The notes under the pieces: generated by a model
What the model saw: the letters and a program-made list of their open reading frames with translations, nothing else
Database searches by the model: none
What the model was told of the DNA's origin: nothing
Program-made: the position numbers and the translations under genes
In this document: positions 1 to 11,756 of the stretch, piece after piece
Position numbering within the stretch: position 1 is the stretch's first letter
How the letters are laid out: each line of letters opens with the position of its first letter
Assembly (NCBI GenBank): GCA_038087875.1
Contig: CM075989.1
Coordinates: 18,540,001-18,600,000, forward strand
Source of the DNA: Malacoraja senta
Lineage: Eukaryota
Direction of reading: 5' to 3'
Length of the DNA: 60,000 nt

Positions 1-781
1 CTGTTAGGTGGCCTGTACAAAACTCCCACTAGCGTTTTCTGCCCCTTAGTGTTTCGCAGCTCTACCCATATCGATTCCACATCCTCCAAGCTAATGTCCT
101 TCCTTTCTATTGCGTTAATCTCCTCTCTAACCAGCAACGCTACCCCACCTCCTTTTCCTTTCTGTCTATCCCTCCTGAATATTGACTATCCCTGGATGTT
201 CAGCTCCCAGCCTTGGTTACCCTGAAGCCATGTCTCTGTGAACCCAACTATATCATAGTCATTAATAGCTATCTGCACATTCAACTCATCTACCTTATTA
301 TGAATGCTCCTTGCATTGAGACACAAAGCCTTCAGGCTTGTTTTTACAACACTCTTACCCCTTATACAATTATGTTGAAAAATGGCCATTTTTGATTTTT
401 GCCCTGGATTTGTCTGCCTACCACTTATACTTTTCACCTTACTACCTATAGGTTCTACCCTTATTTTACACCCCTCTGTCTCTCTGCTCACACATTTAAG
501 AAACCCACCACCTCTTATTCTCTGTTTATTATCTTTTTCTTCTTTCCCACCTACATGTTGGGTGCTTCCCTTCTCTGCCTCCTGCCTCACACCCTGTCTA
601 CTAGCTTTCTCTATTTGAATCCCTCCCCCCAACCGTTCTAGTTTAAAGTCTCCCCAGTAGCCTTTGCAAATCTCCCCACCAGGATATTTTTCCCCCATCG
701 GTTTCAAGTGCAACCCGTCCTTTTTGTACAGGTCACACCTTCCCCAAAAGAGGTCCCAATGATCCAGGAACTGGAATCCCT
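1..781 (-). mobile_element. CR1 LINE fragment: ORF1 C-terminus (SGNH/esterase-like), inter-ORF spacer and start of ORF2 APE endonuclease; runs off the window start
   Basis: Minus strand reads GFQFLDHWDLFWGRCDLYKKDGLHL (ORF1 esterase end, ~640-780). It then reads LCLNARSIHNKVDEL...DIVGFTETWLQG...WELNIQG*SIFRRDRQKGKGGGVALL...YRPPN, which is homologous to the ORF at 29957 and has a premature stop at 186-188. Confidence 0.88.
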
Positions 782-787
782 AGCCCT

Positions 788-896
788 TCGTCACCTATTC
801 CTTTTCTCCAGGAGATGCTGCCTGACCCGCTGAGTTACTCCAGCATTTTGTGTCCATCTTCAGTATAAACCAGCATCTGCAGTTCCTTCCTACACA
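788..896 (+). mobile_element. Penelope-like pseudo-LTR/3' end fragment
   Basis: gagatgctgcctgacccgctgagttactccagcattttgtgt...ccagcatctgcagttccttc matches the sequence that follows the GIY-YIG ORF end at 33345-33476. Confidence 0.75.
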
Positions 897-1601
897 TTCC
901 ATACAGACAGTGCCTAGAGTCAGGATCACATCCGGCTATCTGTAAGGCAGCAACTCTACTCTTTCTGTTGTAAAGTGATTTCTGCCCAATTGGAAACTGA
1001 TTCATTGCTGGTCTTCAGGGGATCTGAACTCCATGATAATGTTAGAACTGTAGCTTTTACAAAAAAAATTTAACCAAGAGGTTTCGGAGTTAAATCTTCT
1101 TTGGGGCCTTTACTGGCTTGAACACTTTAGTATGGATACTTCTCAGACCCTTTAATTCGGGAACAATCCCAGTGCAAATGAAGTGAAATCCTCTGCATCT
1201 TTGAGACAAAGGTACCGGCTGAGTTTGTAAATCCCTGGAGAAACCAATCTACATAATAATGAGCACATTATAAATTTGCTGTAAGCTCGCGTTAAGTAAT
1301 AATTTGCCTAATGCTTATACGAGCTTCTGGATATTTCCTCATACGTGTGGTGATGATGAATAGCCATTAAGTAGAATTTTTTTCCCCATACATCTCGGAT
1401 TGTAATTTTACCAAAAGATAAAGGGATATAGAACGGAGGGATTGACAGCAAAATGGAGATTAAAATTAGTTTGAAAACCAGAACTTCTGATGCTGCAATA
1501 AGGTATTAAAAAAAAAAGTGAAACTGGCCAGGTACATCTGTGGCAAGAGAAATGGGTGATATTTTGGGCTGCAGTTCTGTCAATAGAACATGGTATTGGT
1601 T

Positions 1602-1919
1602 TTTAGTTTTAGAGATACAGCGTGGAAACAGGCCCTCCGGCCCACCGAGTCCGCACCGACCAGCGATCCACGCACACTAACACTATCCTACACACCTTAG
1701 GGACAATTTTACACTTATACCAAGTCAATTAGCCAAGAAACCTGTACATATTTGGAGTGTGGGAGGAAACCGAAGATCTCGGAGAAAAACCCACGCGGGT
1801 CACGGGGAGAACGTACAAAATCCGTACAGACAGCACCCGTAGTGGGGATCGAACCCGGGTCCCTGGCGCTGCATTCGCTGTAAGGCAGCAACTCTATCGC
1901 TGCGCCATCCGTGCCCCCC
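1602..1919 (-). mobile_element. tRNA-derived V-SINE (HE1-like), full length
   Basis: A box TGGCGCAGCG, B box GGTTCGATCC, central V-domain ggtttcctcccacactccaaa, CR1-like tail ctgtatctctaaa. Confidence 0.88.
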
Positions 1920-2490
1920 CAAACCATCAACCTGAAATGTTAGCTCCTGTTTGTATGTTAACTGGTGACCACTTCATAACACATCAGTCTGAAGAAGGGT
2001 CTCAAACCAAAACTTCTTCTGTCCATTGTCTTTCTGCTGACTGGTTAGCACGCAACAAAAGCTTTTCACTGTACCTCAGTACACGTGACCATAAACTAAA
2101 CTCAATCTCATTTCCATCCCCAGATGCTGCCTGACCAGCTGAGTTCCGCCAGAGCTTTGTGTTTTTGCTTGTTATCCCGTCAGACATGCCAGCAGGTCCA
2201 GAGTTGCCCCTCGTTCCTGGTGGTATTGACGCAACCCATGTAGTCGGAGCCCTTCCAGACGCCTCGGTCTGGAGGGGCCGCGAGGTGTCATGTTCTGAAG
2301 TCTACCATGTTACGGCACCCGGAGAAATCTATGGTCTAAGGATAGACAACAAAAATGCTGGAGTAACTCAGCGGGTCAGGCAGCATCTCTGGAGAAAATC
2401 TTTGGTCTTCTCCACCAAGAAGACAAAGACTAGTTTATTGAGAAAGACCGGGGGAACAAGGCGCTAATTAACTATAAACAAACCCTGATG

Positions 2491-2620
2491 TAGTTACGAA
2501 GGAACTGCAGATGCTGGAAAATCGAAGGTAGACAAAAGTGCTGGAGAAACTCAGCGGGTGCAGCAGCATCTATGGATCGAAGGAAATAGGCAACGTTTTG
2601 GGCCGAAACCCTTCTTCAGA
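2491..2620 (-). mobile_element. Penelope-like pseudo-LTR fragment with degenerate hammerhead motif
   Basis: Reverse complement reads ctgaagaagggtttcggcccaaaacgttg...ccagcatctgcagttccttc. Confidence 0.75.
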
Positions 2621-2867
2621 GTGATGTGTCAGCTAGATACAGCAAACAGTTGCAGAATGAGACGCCATTTTAATAGAGGGACCTTTTTAAAGAGAACAAC
2701 AACACAAAGTGATTTCTCCGTTCATAATCTTGAAGATAGACTTCAAGGCAACACAAAACATAACATGGTTTGGATGTTGGATTGCAAGCACTATTTTTCC
2801 TTTCAAAGGTGGGGGAGAGGGGAGAGAATGTTCCAAAGTGGCCAGAAATACAGCAGTGCCAGATTGA

Positions 2868-3180
2868 AGATTAGATTAGATTAGATTAGATTTTATTCCT
2901 TGTCATTTGAACCTCAAAGAGGCTCAAACGAAACTCCATTTCCACAGCCATACAAACAAAACAATTCTTACACGACACACAAACAATTCAATTTACAGAA
3001 AAACATCCATCACAGCGAATCTCCTCCTCACTGTGATGGAAGGCAAAGTAATTTCTCTCCCCTGCACCATTTCTCCCGATGTTGAAGCCCCAGGCGGGCA
3101 ATGTTAAGTCCCACGGTCGTTGAGGCCGCGCCGGGCGGTATACGGCCTCGCTCCGGGCCCAAAAGTCAAAAAGTTGGAGA
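2868..3180 (-). mobile_element. Unclassified GC-rich non-autonomous retroposon, 3' part (family also at 13850-14380 and 34511-35300)
   Basis: Shared core ctcactgtgatggaaggcaaa and simple-repeat tail (agatt)n on the plus strand. Confidence 0.55.
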
Positions 3181-3329
3181 TGTCAGATCCTCGTCTTGAT
3201 CCAGATATAATATTTGGTTGCTGGGATGTAAAGAAATGGCAGAATAAAACTGTTTGTGTTCAGTGTCCTTGGAGTGCTTTTATTATATTCGGATCAAGGG
3301 GACCTAACAGGAATAGCTTGCCTCCCCAT

Positions 3330-3783
3330 TTAGGTTTTGGGAACAGCTCCATCCAAGACCACGATAAATTGCAGCAAATTGTGGACACAGCCCAGATCAT
3401 CACACAAACTAACCTCCCTTCTATTGACTCTAATTATACCGCGCGCTGCCTCGGCAAGGCCAGCAGCATAATCAAGGACGAGTCTCACCCCGGCCACTCC
3501 CTCTTCTCCCATCTCCCACCAAGTGAAAACGCACAACTCCAGATTCAGGGACAGTTTCTTCCCAACTGTTATCAGGCAACTGAACCATCCTACCACAACC
3601 AGAGAGCAGTGGTGAACTACTATCTACGTCATTGGTGACCCTCAGACTATCCTTGATCAGACTTTGCTATTCCCTTAACATATATCTATATACTGTAAAT
3701 GGATCGATTGTAATCATGTATTGTCTTTCTGCTGACTGGTTAGCATGCAACAAAACCTTTGCACTGTACCTCGGTACACATAA
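3330..3783 (+). mobile_element. Rex1/Babar-clade LINE 3' fragment
   Basis: Encodes FGNSSIQDHDKLQQIVDTAQIITQTNLPSIDSNYTARCLGKASSIIKDESHPGHSLFSHLP, the typical Rex1 RT C-terminal region, followed by 3' UTR. Confidence 0.8.
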
Positions 3784-5094
3784 GAGTCATAGAATGATAC
3801 AGTGTGGAAACAGGCCCTTCGGCTCAACTTGCCCACACCGACCAAGATGTCGCAGCTAGTCTAGTCCCACCTGCCCGCATTATGTCCACGTCTCACGTAG
3901 CAATAAACTAAACTGAACTGAAGACTGGGAGACTTTGACCTCCACCACGACCTATCAAACCCTGTGTCTTGGCATGTTGCACTGAGCTATTGTTCATGGT
4001 TTGAGCCATTTGATCAAATTTGATGCAGCTGGGACAATGTATGAAGAATATTGATGTTCATAAATATATAACGTTTGATAATCCTTCATTACTTCATTAA
4101 AATATTTAAACCACTTCCAACTCAGTCCTGGAGGCTACAGTATTTTTCAGTTCTGGACAGTATCTTCAATTGGATTTTTTGTCAGATGGAAAATGTCAGT
4201 GGAAATTAGATTTGGCTGATCTTCAGTTAATCTGAACTTTCCACTCTGAATTGATTTGCATTGAATATGTTTTTATGCAACGGTTAAAATCGTTAATATT
4301 AGCTGCAGATTGGAGCTACATCCAATTAAATACAAGTGCTGTCCATCATAGTGGAATTAAAGCTGTCAAACTTACTTATTTCTGAAATAAAAAACATGCT
4401 CAGCCTATAAATCTGAGCAAAACGGATTTTGTTTCTTAAAATGTAATATTTCATTCATAATTCAGTGTCTAACAGCATTATTTTCCCATTCTGGATGATT
4501 ACAAACTGTAGAGCAAGGACACCCTCACTTTCACAAGTGGCTAAGTGCAACATTTCAGAATGCAAAGCTTGTCAGCATAATTCACTCATGGCCATTCTAT
4601 CAATGGCAATCCATAATGAATGTGCATATGGAATTTATATTTATGAGGCTGCTCTCCAAGTCACCTGCTACTTGTTATGTTAATTAAGGGGGAACGAGAG
4701 TGGAGGGCAAGGGGGCCCTCAACGCAACAAATCCCGGCACTATAATTAAAACAATACTTGTATATCTGAGGCTAACTTTGGTTTCCTTTTACGGGTTCTA
4801 CCTCTGGCAGTGTCTCGCCACTCTGAATCTCGCCTCGCACCTGGAGATGCGCTTGGGTTCCAGCTTACAAGTGTAGACTTGAGTGGCGATTGTTTTTCTT
4901 GAGACTCTGCAGGCTCCCCCTTGCCTCGCACACTTGTCTACTCCTGATTCTCCTCCTGCAGCTGTTTTTGCGAGTCTGTTCGCAATAGTCTGGAGCACAT
5001 CGATTAAACTGGCTGTGCCGCACTCTGCCGTGTGTTCATTCTCTTCCACTTGCTTCTTTTCCCACTCAATGCCGCTGTATTGTAGTTAAAAACA

Positions 5095-5253
5095 GTGTAG
5101 GAAGGAACTGCAGATGCTGCTTTACACCGAAGAAAGGTACAAAATGCTGGAGTAACTCAGCCGGACAGGCAGCATCCAAGTGTCTCGACCTGAAACGTCT
5201 CTCCAGAAATGCTGCCTGTCTGGCTGAGTTACTCCAGCATTTTGTGACTATCT
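5095..5253. mobile_element. Inverted pair of Penelope-like pseudo-LTR fragments
   Basis: aaaatgctggagtaactcagccggacaggcagcat ... atgctgcctgtctggctgagttactccagcatttt forms a fold-back. Confidence 0.75.
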
Positions 5254-5444
5254 TAATGTTGGGAACGTTTCGGGAACCTCTACAGATGGAGGATTTCTAT
5301 TCCCGATTTTTCCCTCCAAACCCCCACCTTATCAGCTCAGAATTCACTCTCTCACCTCTCTACATCCCAGCCTCTTTACCCACAACTAACAGGCCCCTTT
5401 TAAACGTTCTTCCTTCACTAAACGTTTGGCCAGACTTCAAGAAT

Positions 5445-6140
5445 GTTTAATTGCCTCATATACTGGCAACAGGACAATGAAATTCTTGCTTGCTGCAGCT
5501 TAACGGCCTCATTAATGCATGTTAATAATACGATAGATTAATACGATAGTAATACTAAGTAACCAAACCATAACTACGTCATGCAACCCAAACGGATCCT
5601 AGTTGCTGAGGTCAGTGTTGTGCAGTGTTCAAGAGCCTGATGGTTGCTGAGAAGAAGCTGTTCTTGAACATGGACGTCACAGTTTCCAGGCTCCTGTATT
5701 GTCCCTATGGTAGTGGTGAGATGAGAGATGGTGTAGGTTTTTGAGACGAGCTGCCTTTTTGAGGTGAGCGCCTCCTGCAGGCCCCTTTGATAGTGGCGCG
5801 GATAGTGCCTGTGATGGACCAGGCAGTGTCCACCGCTTGCTGCAGCCTTCTTGGATCCTGGGCATTGGAATGACCAAACCTGGGGCTAGGATGCAACCGG
5901 TCGTACACCTGTGGAAGTCCGATTAAAGTAATTCATTGAACTGCCGACCCTTCTCAATCCTCGACGTGAAGTAAAGGTGTTGATGCTTTCTTTGTGCTTG
6001 CGTCAATGTGCTGGGTCCAAGACAGACCTTCAGAGATGTGCACGCCCCTGGAAGCTGTTGACTGAAGCTGTCCTGCTGATGGGAATTGATTTGTACATCC
6101 TCAGCTTTCCCTTCCTGAAGTTGACAATCGCTCCTTGTAA
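5445..6140 (-). mobile_element. Degenerate Rex1/Babar LINE 3' fragment
   Basis: Minus strand FGHSNAQDPRRLQQAVDTAWSITGT, homologous to 3330-3600. Confidence 0.7.
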
Positions 6141-6556
6141 TACAATTTAGTGACCAGGTTCCTGAAAGACGCTGTGTTTGGCTCACCAGCAATTTTATCA
6201 CAATTTAAATTCACTACGCATTTTGCTTTGAACTATTTGGGCGGCACAGTGGCCCAACGGTAGATCACAAGTGATAGGAGTAGAATGAGGCCATTTGGCC
6301 CATCAAGTCTACTCTGCCATTCAATCATGGCTGATCTACCTCTTCCTCCCAACCCCATTCTCCAGCCTTCTCTTCATAACCTCTCACTAATCAAAGGGTT
6401 GCTGCCTTTCAGCACCAGAGACCAGAGCTCGATCCAGACTGCCTGCATGGAGTTTGTACATCATCACTGTGACCACGTGGGTTTTCTCCGGGTGCTCAGG
6501 TTTCCTCCCACATTCCAAAGACGTACAGGTTTATTGCCTTCTGTAAATTGTCCTTA

Positions 6557-7232
6557 AGCCCCTGTCCCACTTTCACGACCTAATTGGCGACCTCTGCCGA
6601 GTTTGCCCTTGGCTCATACTCGCAGCATGGTCGCCACGAGGTCGTAGGAGGTCGTAGGTCACTCTTCCTCACGCTCGTGAGTGGTCTCCGTGTACTCGTG
6701 GCCTCAAGTAGGTCGCGGCGTTTTTTCCAGCCTGATAAAAAATGTCCACGAGTAAAAAAAAGGTCGGCATGGAAAACATTGATACTTTTTACTCGTAGGT
6801 AGGTTGTAGTAGGTCGTGATGGTAGTCGTAGGTAGTCGTAGGTAGTTGTAGGTAGTTGTAGGTAGTCGTAGGTAGTTGTAGGTAGTCGTAGGTAGTTGTA
6901 GGTAGTTGTAGGTAGTCGTAGGTAGTTGTAGGTAGTTGTAGGTAGTTGTAGGTAGTTGTAGGTAGTTGTAGGTAGTTGTAGGTCGGTAACTGGCCCGAGA
7001 AAAAAAATGCAAACATGACATCATTTTATCATGTGATAATTTTCCACTCGTAGCTAGTCATAGTTGGTCTTAGGTGTGGAAGACTGAGGTCGTAGACATA
7101 GTCGTGGGAGGTCGTAGACATAGTCGTAGGAGGTCTTTTACTTCGGCGAGTCAACACGACCTTGACATTTTTTTCAACTCGTCTAGGGTCTTCTAAACTC
7201 GTGGATTAGGTAGTCCAAGTGGGACAGGGGCT
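6557..7232. mobile_element. PIF/Harbinger-type MITE (676 bp)
   Basis: Perfect 16-bp TIR agcccctgtcccactt/aagtgggacaggggct, TTA target-site duplication at 6554-6556 and 7233-7235. Confidence 0.88.
6795..6983. repeat. 10-bp tandem repeat (GTAGGTAGTY)n inside the MITE
   Basis: Directly visible, roughly 18 units. Confidence 0.95.
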
Positions 7233-7814
7233 TTAGTGTGTAGGATAGAACTAGTGTACGGGTGATCGCTGGTCGGCGTGGACTAAAGGGCCTGTTTCCA
7301 TACCGTATATCTAAACTTAAACTAAACTAATTTGCTCTCAGCATGGGAGGGAGGATTGCGTTTACATGGGGTTACTGTTCCGCAGTGGTTAAACTGGTAA
7401 TTTACACCTTGCTGAGTATTTTTATGAGAAACTTGCTGCTTTGCTATTTCCCATGGTAATCTTTTAATTTCTGACCAAAGTATCATCTTGCCCAGCAGAT
7501 GGTGAGCAGCCATTGGTTTTGCCTTCAGGCTTCCCTGTAACATTGAGGCTCTAGTTTCACTCAGAGGAGACGTGAACAGTCGAGCTGCCCCCACCTCCGA
7601 CAAAGGTGGTCTTGTGATTATAAAGTCTTCTCTCTCTGGAGAGACGAAATGTAGGACTGGAGGCTGCAGGAGGGAAGTGGAGCCCTCCAGCACAAAACAC
7701 CGCAGGGTGTGCAGGTCCACTCTGCCCACTCAACGCATAATACAATCGCTCTAAGCTACAGCCCGCTCTAAGGTACTTTCTGCAAGCTTAACTATGGAAC
7801 TGGTTTTGTTTAAT

Positions 7815-8398
7815 TTAGTTTAGAGATACAGCGTGGAAACAGGCCCTTCGGCCCACCGAGTCCGCACCAACCAGCGATCCCCACACATTAACACCATCCT
7901 ACACACACTAGGTACAATTTACACTTATACAAAGTATACAAACCCAAGCCTGTACATGTTTAGAGTGTGGGAGGAAACCGAACGTCTCGGAATAAACCCA
8001 CGCGGTTTCGGGGAGAACGTACAACTCGGATTTGTACAAGCTTGGGTTTGTATACTTTGTATAAGTGTAAATTGTACCTAGTCTGTGGAATTCTCTGCCT
8101 CAGAGGGTGGTGGAGGCCGGTTCTCTGGATGCTTTCTAGAGAGAGCTAGATAGGGCTCTTAAAAATAGTGGAGTCAGGGGATATGGGGAGAAGGCAGGAA
8201 CGGGGTACTGATTGGGGATGATCAGCCATGATCACATTGAATGGCGGTGCTGCCTCGAAGGGCCGAATGGCCTACTCCTACTCCTACTCTTGTCTATTGT
8301 CTAATACACTGTAGAGACAGCACCCGTAGTCGGGATCGAACCGGAATCTCTGGTACTGCAAGCGCTGTAAGGCAGCAACTCTACCGCTGCACCACCGT
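7815..8398 (-). mobile_element. V-SINE split by a plus-strand CR1 3' end (8082-8302)
   Basis: SINE tail at 7815, V-domain ~7965-8020, head with B box ~8310-8398; the CR1 piece ends in (ctattgt)n. Confidence 0.8.
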
Positions 8399-8951
8399 TA
8401 ATGTAACTGGGCAAAATAGTTCTCTTTTTGTTTATAAACTAAATTTCAAGTAATGACATTTCTGGCTTGGAGGTGGTCATTGACATGATTTAATGTCAAG
8501 TCAAGTCCAGAGTCAAGTCAAGAGAGTTGATTGTCATGTGTCCCAGATAGGACAATGACATTCTTGCTATTGTCATTTTTGTTTTCATGAAAGGACGTCA
8601 TTTTACTGCATTGGTTTAAAATATTTGGTGTTCGGCAATAAGTGTGTTTAAGCTAACACTCTGGGGAGAAAACAACACTTCCTTACACAGGCTTAATCTG
8701 TAACAGAATCAGGATTTGTGGCCTAAATGGAAATTCTATCCCTGTTTCCTTTCGGCACTGAATGAATATGTTCTGTTGCCTCGTGCCTGCTTTTACTGTG
8801 ATCAGAGTAAAGTCTAGCCTTTCAGTGTGAATAGTAAATAGTAAAGTGGGTGGTCATAGAAGGACGCGGATTGTAGCGTATAAATGAAAAGACCAGAATT
8901 GTAACAGTGCTTTCTTGACTCAAGGACATCTTATTGAAACATATAAGATTA

Positions 8952-9588
8952 TGGCCTTTATAACAAGAGGAATCGAATATAGGAGCAAAGAGGTCCTTCT
9001 GCAGTTGTACAGAGCCCTAGTGAGACCACACCTGGAGTATTGTGTGCAGTTTTAGTCCCCTAATTTGAGGAAGGACATTCTTGCTATTGAGGGAGTGCAG
9101 CGTAGGTTTACAAGGTTAATTCCCGGGATGGCGGGACTGTCATATGCTGAGAGAATGGAGCAGCTGGGCTTGTCCACTCTGGAGTTTCGAAGGATGAGAG
9201 GAGATCTCATTGAAACATATAAGATTGTTAAGGGTTTGGACACGCTAGAGGCAGGAAACATGTTCCCGATGTTGGGGGAGTCCAGAACCAGGGGCCACAG
9301 TTTAAGAATAAGGGGTAAGGCATTTAGAACGGAGATGAGGAAACACTTTTTCACACAGAGAGTGGTGAGTGTGTGGAATTCTCTGCGTCAGAGGGTGGTG
9401 GAGGCCGGTTCTCTGGATACTTTCAAGAGAGAGCTAGATAGGGCTCTTAAAGATAGCAGAGTCAGGAGATATGGGGAGAAGGCAGGAACGGGGTACTGAT
9501 TGTGGATGATCAGCCATGAACACATTGACTAGGGGTGCTGGCTCGAAGGGCCAAATGGCCTACTCCTGCACCTATTGTCTATTGTCTA
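8952..9588 (+). mobile_element. CR1 LINE 3' fragment (ORF2 C-terminus + 3' UTR)
   Basis: [10 protein letters not shown]...RRMRGDLIETYKI...TRGHSLRI...FFTQRVV; tail (ctattgt)n. Confidence 0.92.
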
Positions 9589-9724
9589 TCTCAAAATGTC
9601 ATCAAATATTTTCAAAGTGAACTGACAGTGGAAGTCAATGTGTGCTCAGAGCTCAATGAATGGGATTAAATGTATAAAAGTTGTAGATACAAGGAACTGC
9701 AGATGCTGGTTTACAAGAAACCTG

Positions 9725-10080
9725 GTGTCAAGGATAGATGTGGTGGTCAAAAAGGCTTTTGGCACATTGGTTTTCATCAGTCAGAGTACTGAGTATAAAA
9801 GCTGGGAGGTCATGTTGTGGTTGTCTAAGAAGTTGGTGAGGCTGCAGTTAGAGTATTGTGTTCAGTTCTGGGTACTATATTATAGGAAAGATGTTGTCAG
9901 GTTGCAAAGGGTACCGAGATGAGGATGTTGCCAGGACTCGAGGGTCTGTGCTACAGGGAGAGGTTGAGCAGGCTGGGACTCTCTTCCTTGGCGCGCAGGA
10001 GGATGAGGAGTGATCGTATAGAGGGGCATAAAATCATGATGGGAATCGATTGGGTAGATTCACAGAGTCTCTTGCCCAGA
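9725..10080 (+). mobile_element. Older CR1 ORF2 fragment
   Basis: LVRLQLEYCVQFW, MLPGLEGLCYRERLSRLGL. Confidence 0.8.
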
Positions 10081-11009
10081 TCAGGCAGCATCTCTGGAGA
10101 ACATTAGCAGGTGATTTTTGGATCGGGACCCTTCAGTCTGAAGAATGGTCCCGACCTGAGACGTCACCTATCCATGTTCTCCAGAGATGCTACTTGACCT
10201 ACTGAATTACTCCAGCACTCTGTGTCTTGTCCTGAAGTAATACTTCATTAATCTTGGCCCCCCAACCAGTCTTCTGAGAGGAGATCCTCCAACCACCTGA
10301 ACGTACACAAGAAGCATAGGTCTGATTACCGCATCTAAAAGATGATACACCCAGAATTTTCACTTGAGTCTTTGAGGATGGAATTTGAACCGCCAACCTT
10401 CTGATTATTGGATGTGTACATTGCGTCTTAACGCCATTCAACACAACTACCAGGTTTTCCCTCCTTCGGGCTAGAACGTTACACAGCCACTGGTCTATCC
10501 CAGATACTCAAGAAATATCAAGTGGAAATTGAATTTGTTCATTGCATTTAGGAGCTTGCGACATTGAATGGAGTGTAATGAATCCAAGAGAAGCAATTCA
10601 TGTCATGTCAAGAAAAAGCAATTGAAATTCACCTTCCAACTCTTTAACATAAAGGACAATGATCGGGCTTTGCAATAGCTGCGGAGAATCGTTTCAAAGG
10701 AGAACAATCAATGTTGAAATGATTCCTGTGAAACTGTGTCAATTGAATGGAGTCATGTGCCTATCGGTATTTAACATCTCTCAAACAGGCAGCACTACGG
10801 TGAAACTAGTACATCAGCTCCCTCAATGCTGCTGCTCCACAATTCAATCCTGACATCTTATCTCTATGAAGGTTGCACCTTCTCCCTGTTTATTGTACAG
10901 GTTTTCCCCAAATGTTCTGGTTTCCTTGCACATCAAAACATGTGGGTTATTTGGATTATCTCTGGTGTGTAAAAGTGGATGATGTGGAGAAAGTCACGTG
11001 GGTTAGTGT

Positions 11010-11415
11010 CATTCTCCGTGGATTGTCACCTTGTCGTGGTGGAGAAGCTTGTGTGGACCTGAGATCCTGAGAGCGATGCCGTCTGGAGCTATGCTCCTGG
11101 TAGGGCCACCCATGGCAGTAAGGTCAAGGGGGAGGTCTCTGACAAAGAGCAATCCAACCAAGACCTCAACAGTGGAATAGGCGGAGGGTGATGGCTGACT
11201 TTAGTGGAGCGTCACAACGGCTGGGAAGGCAGATGAAGGCTGCAGCAGGAAAGGGTCCCCAGTCGTCTTGGACTCCATGCCACTGGATTCTGACCCAGAT
11301 CTGTCAAGTACCGTGGGGTGGCTGTCTGTGCACCAGTCTCCCCGCGTTAAACAAAGTCACGCACAGGTGTCCTCCCTGAGAGGACAGCCATACTCGTTTC
11401 GAGTGACCGCCGATG
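11010..11415 (+). mobile_element. RTE-clade-like (Rex3/Expander-type 5' end) non-autonomous retroposon
   Basis: 5' motif ggattgtcaccttgtcgtggtggag...gagctatg...ggtagggccaccca resembles RTE 5' UTRs as recalled; 3' end gaccgccgatga; agtgt duplicated at 11005-11009 and 11416-11420. Confidence 0.65.
11012..11155 (+). ncRNA. Predicted HDV-like ribozyme with extended P4
   Basis: P1 ttctcc/ggagaa, P2 ggattgtc/ga(g)caatcc, P3 acc/ggt, L3 ttgtcgt, P4 base gacct/aggtc, J4/2 C-AAA at 11143-11146. Confidence 0.6.
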
Positions 11416-11436
11416 AGTGTAAATGAATGCTTGATG

Positions 11437-11739
11437 CCTCCTTTCCCCTCCATAGCCATTTCACCAGTTCCACTGTTCCCCACATTGTTTCTCTTGAGGT
11501 CACACCTTCCCGAGCCAACAATGGATCTACCAGGCACCGCACGGCCACTCGTGGTTGGCCCTGGTTGGTCCTCGTCTTCTCTCGCCTCCAGCTCTTCACC
11601 TCCCCACCCCCTACTTTCAGTCTGCAGAAGGGTCCCGACCCGAAACCTCGCCCATCCTTTTTCTCCAGAGATGCTGCCTGACCCGTTGAGTTGCTCCAGC
11701 CCGCTTTGTGTCCATCTCTGGTATAAACCAGCATTCTAC
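11437..11739 (+). mobile_element. Penelope-like 3' fragment with degenerate hammerhead motif
   Basis: ctgcagaagggtcccgacccgaaac at 11622; tgcttgatg duplicated at 11428 and 11740. Confidence 0.65.
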
Positions 11740-11756
11740 TGCTTGATGGTCAATAC

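Larger units (their letters stand above)
6239..7328 (+). mobile_element. V-SINE interrupted by a CR1 3' end (6264-6394, minus) and by a MITE (6557-7232)
   Basis: Head ggcggcacagtggc at 6239, body resumes at 6395, tail ctaaactaa at ~7320; the pieces join to a full SINE. Confidence 0.8.

Noticed and set aside
1850..1919. tRNA genes at the SINE heads
   Set aside because: They have A/B boxes but no complete cloverleaf, and each is fused to a V-domain and tail, so they are SINE heads.
4869..5074. Possible minus-strand exon (cag|...|gtaag) encoding GIEWEKKQVEENEHTAEC...
   Set aside because: Weak pyrimidine tract, weak donor context, no recognisable protein and no partner exons.
6704..7024. PTTTYNYLQL repeat ORFs
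   Set aside because: Translation of the 10-bp tandem array inside a MITE.
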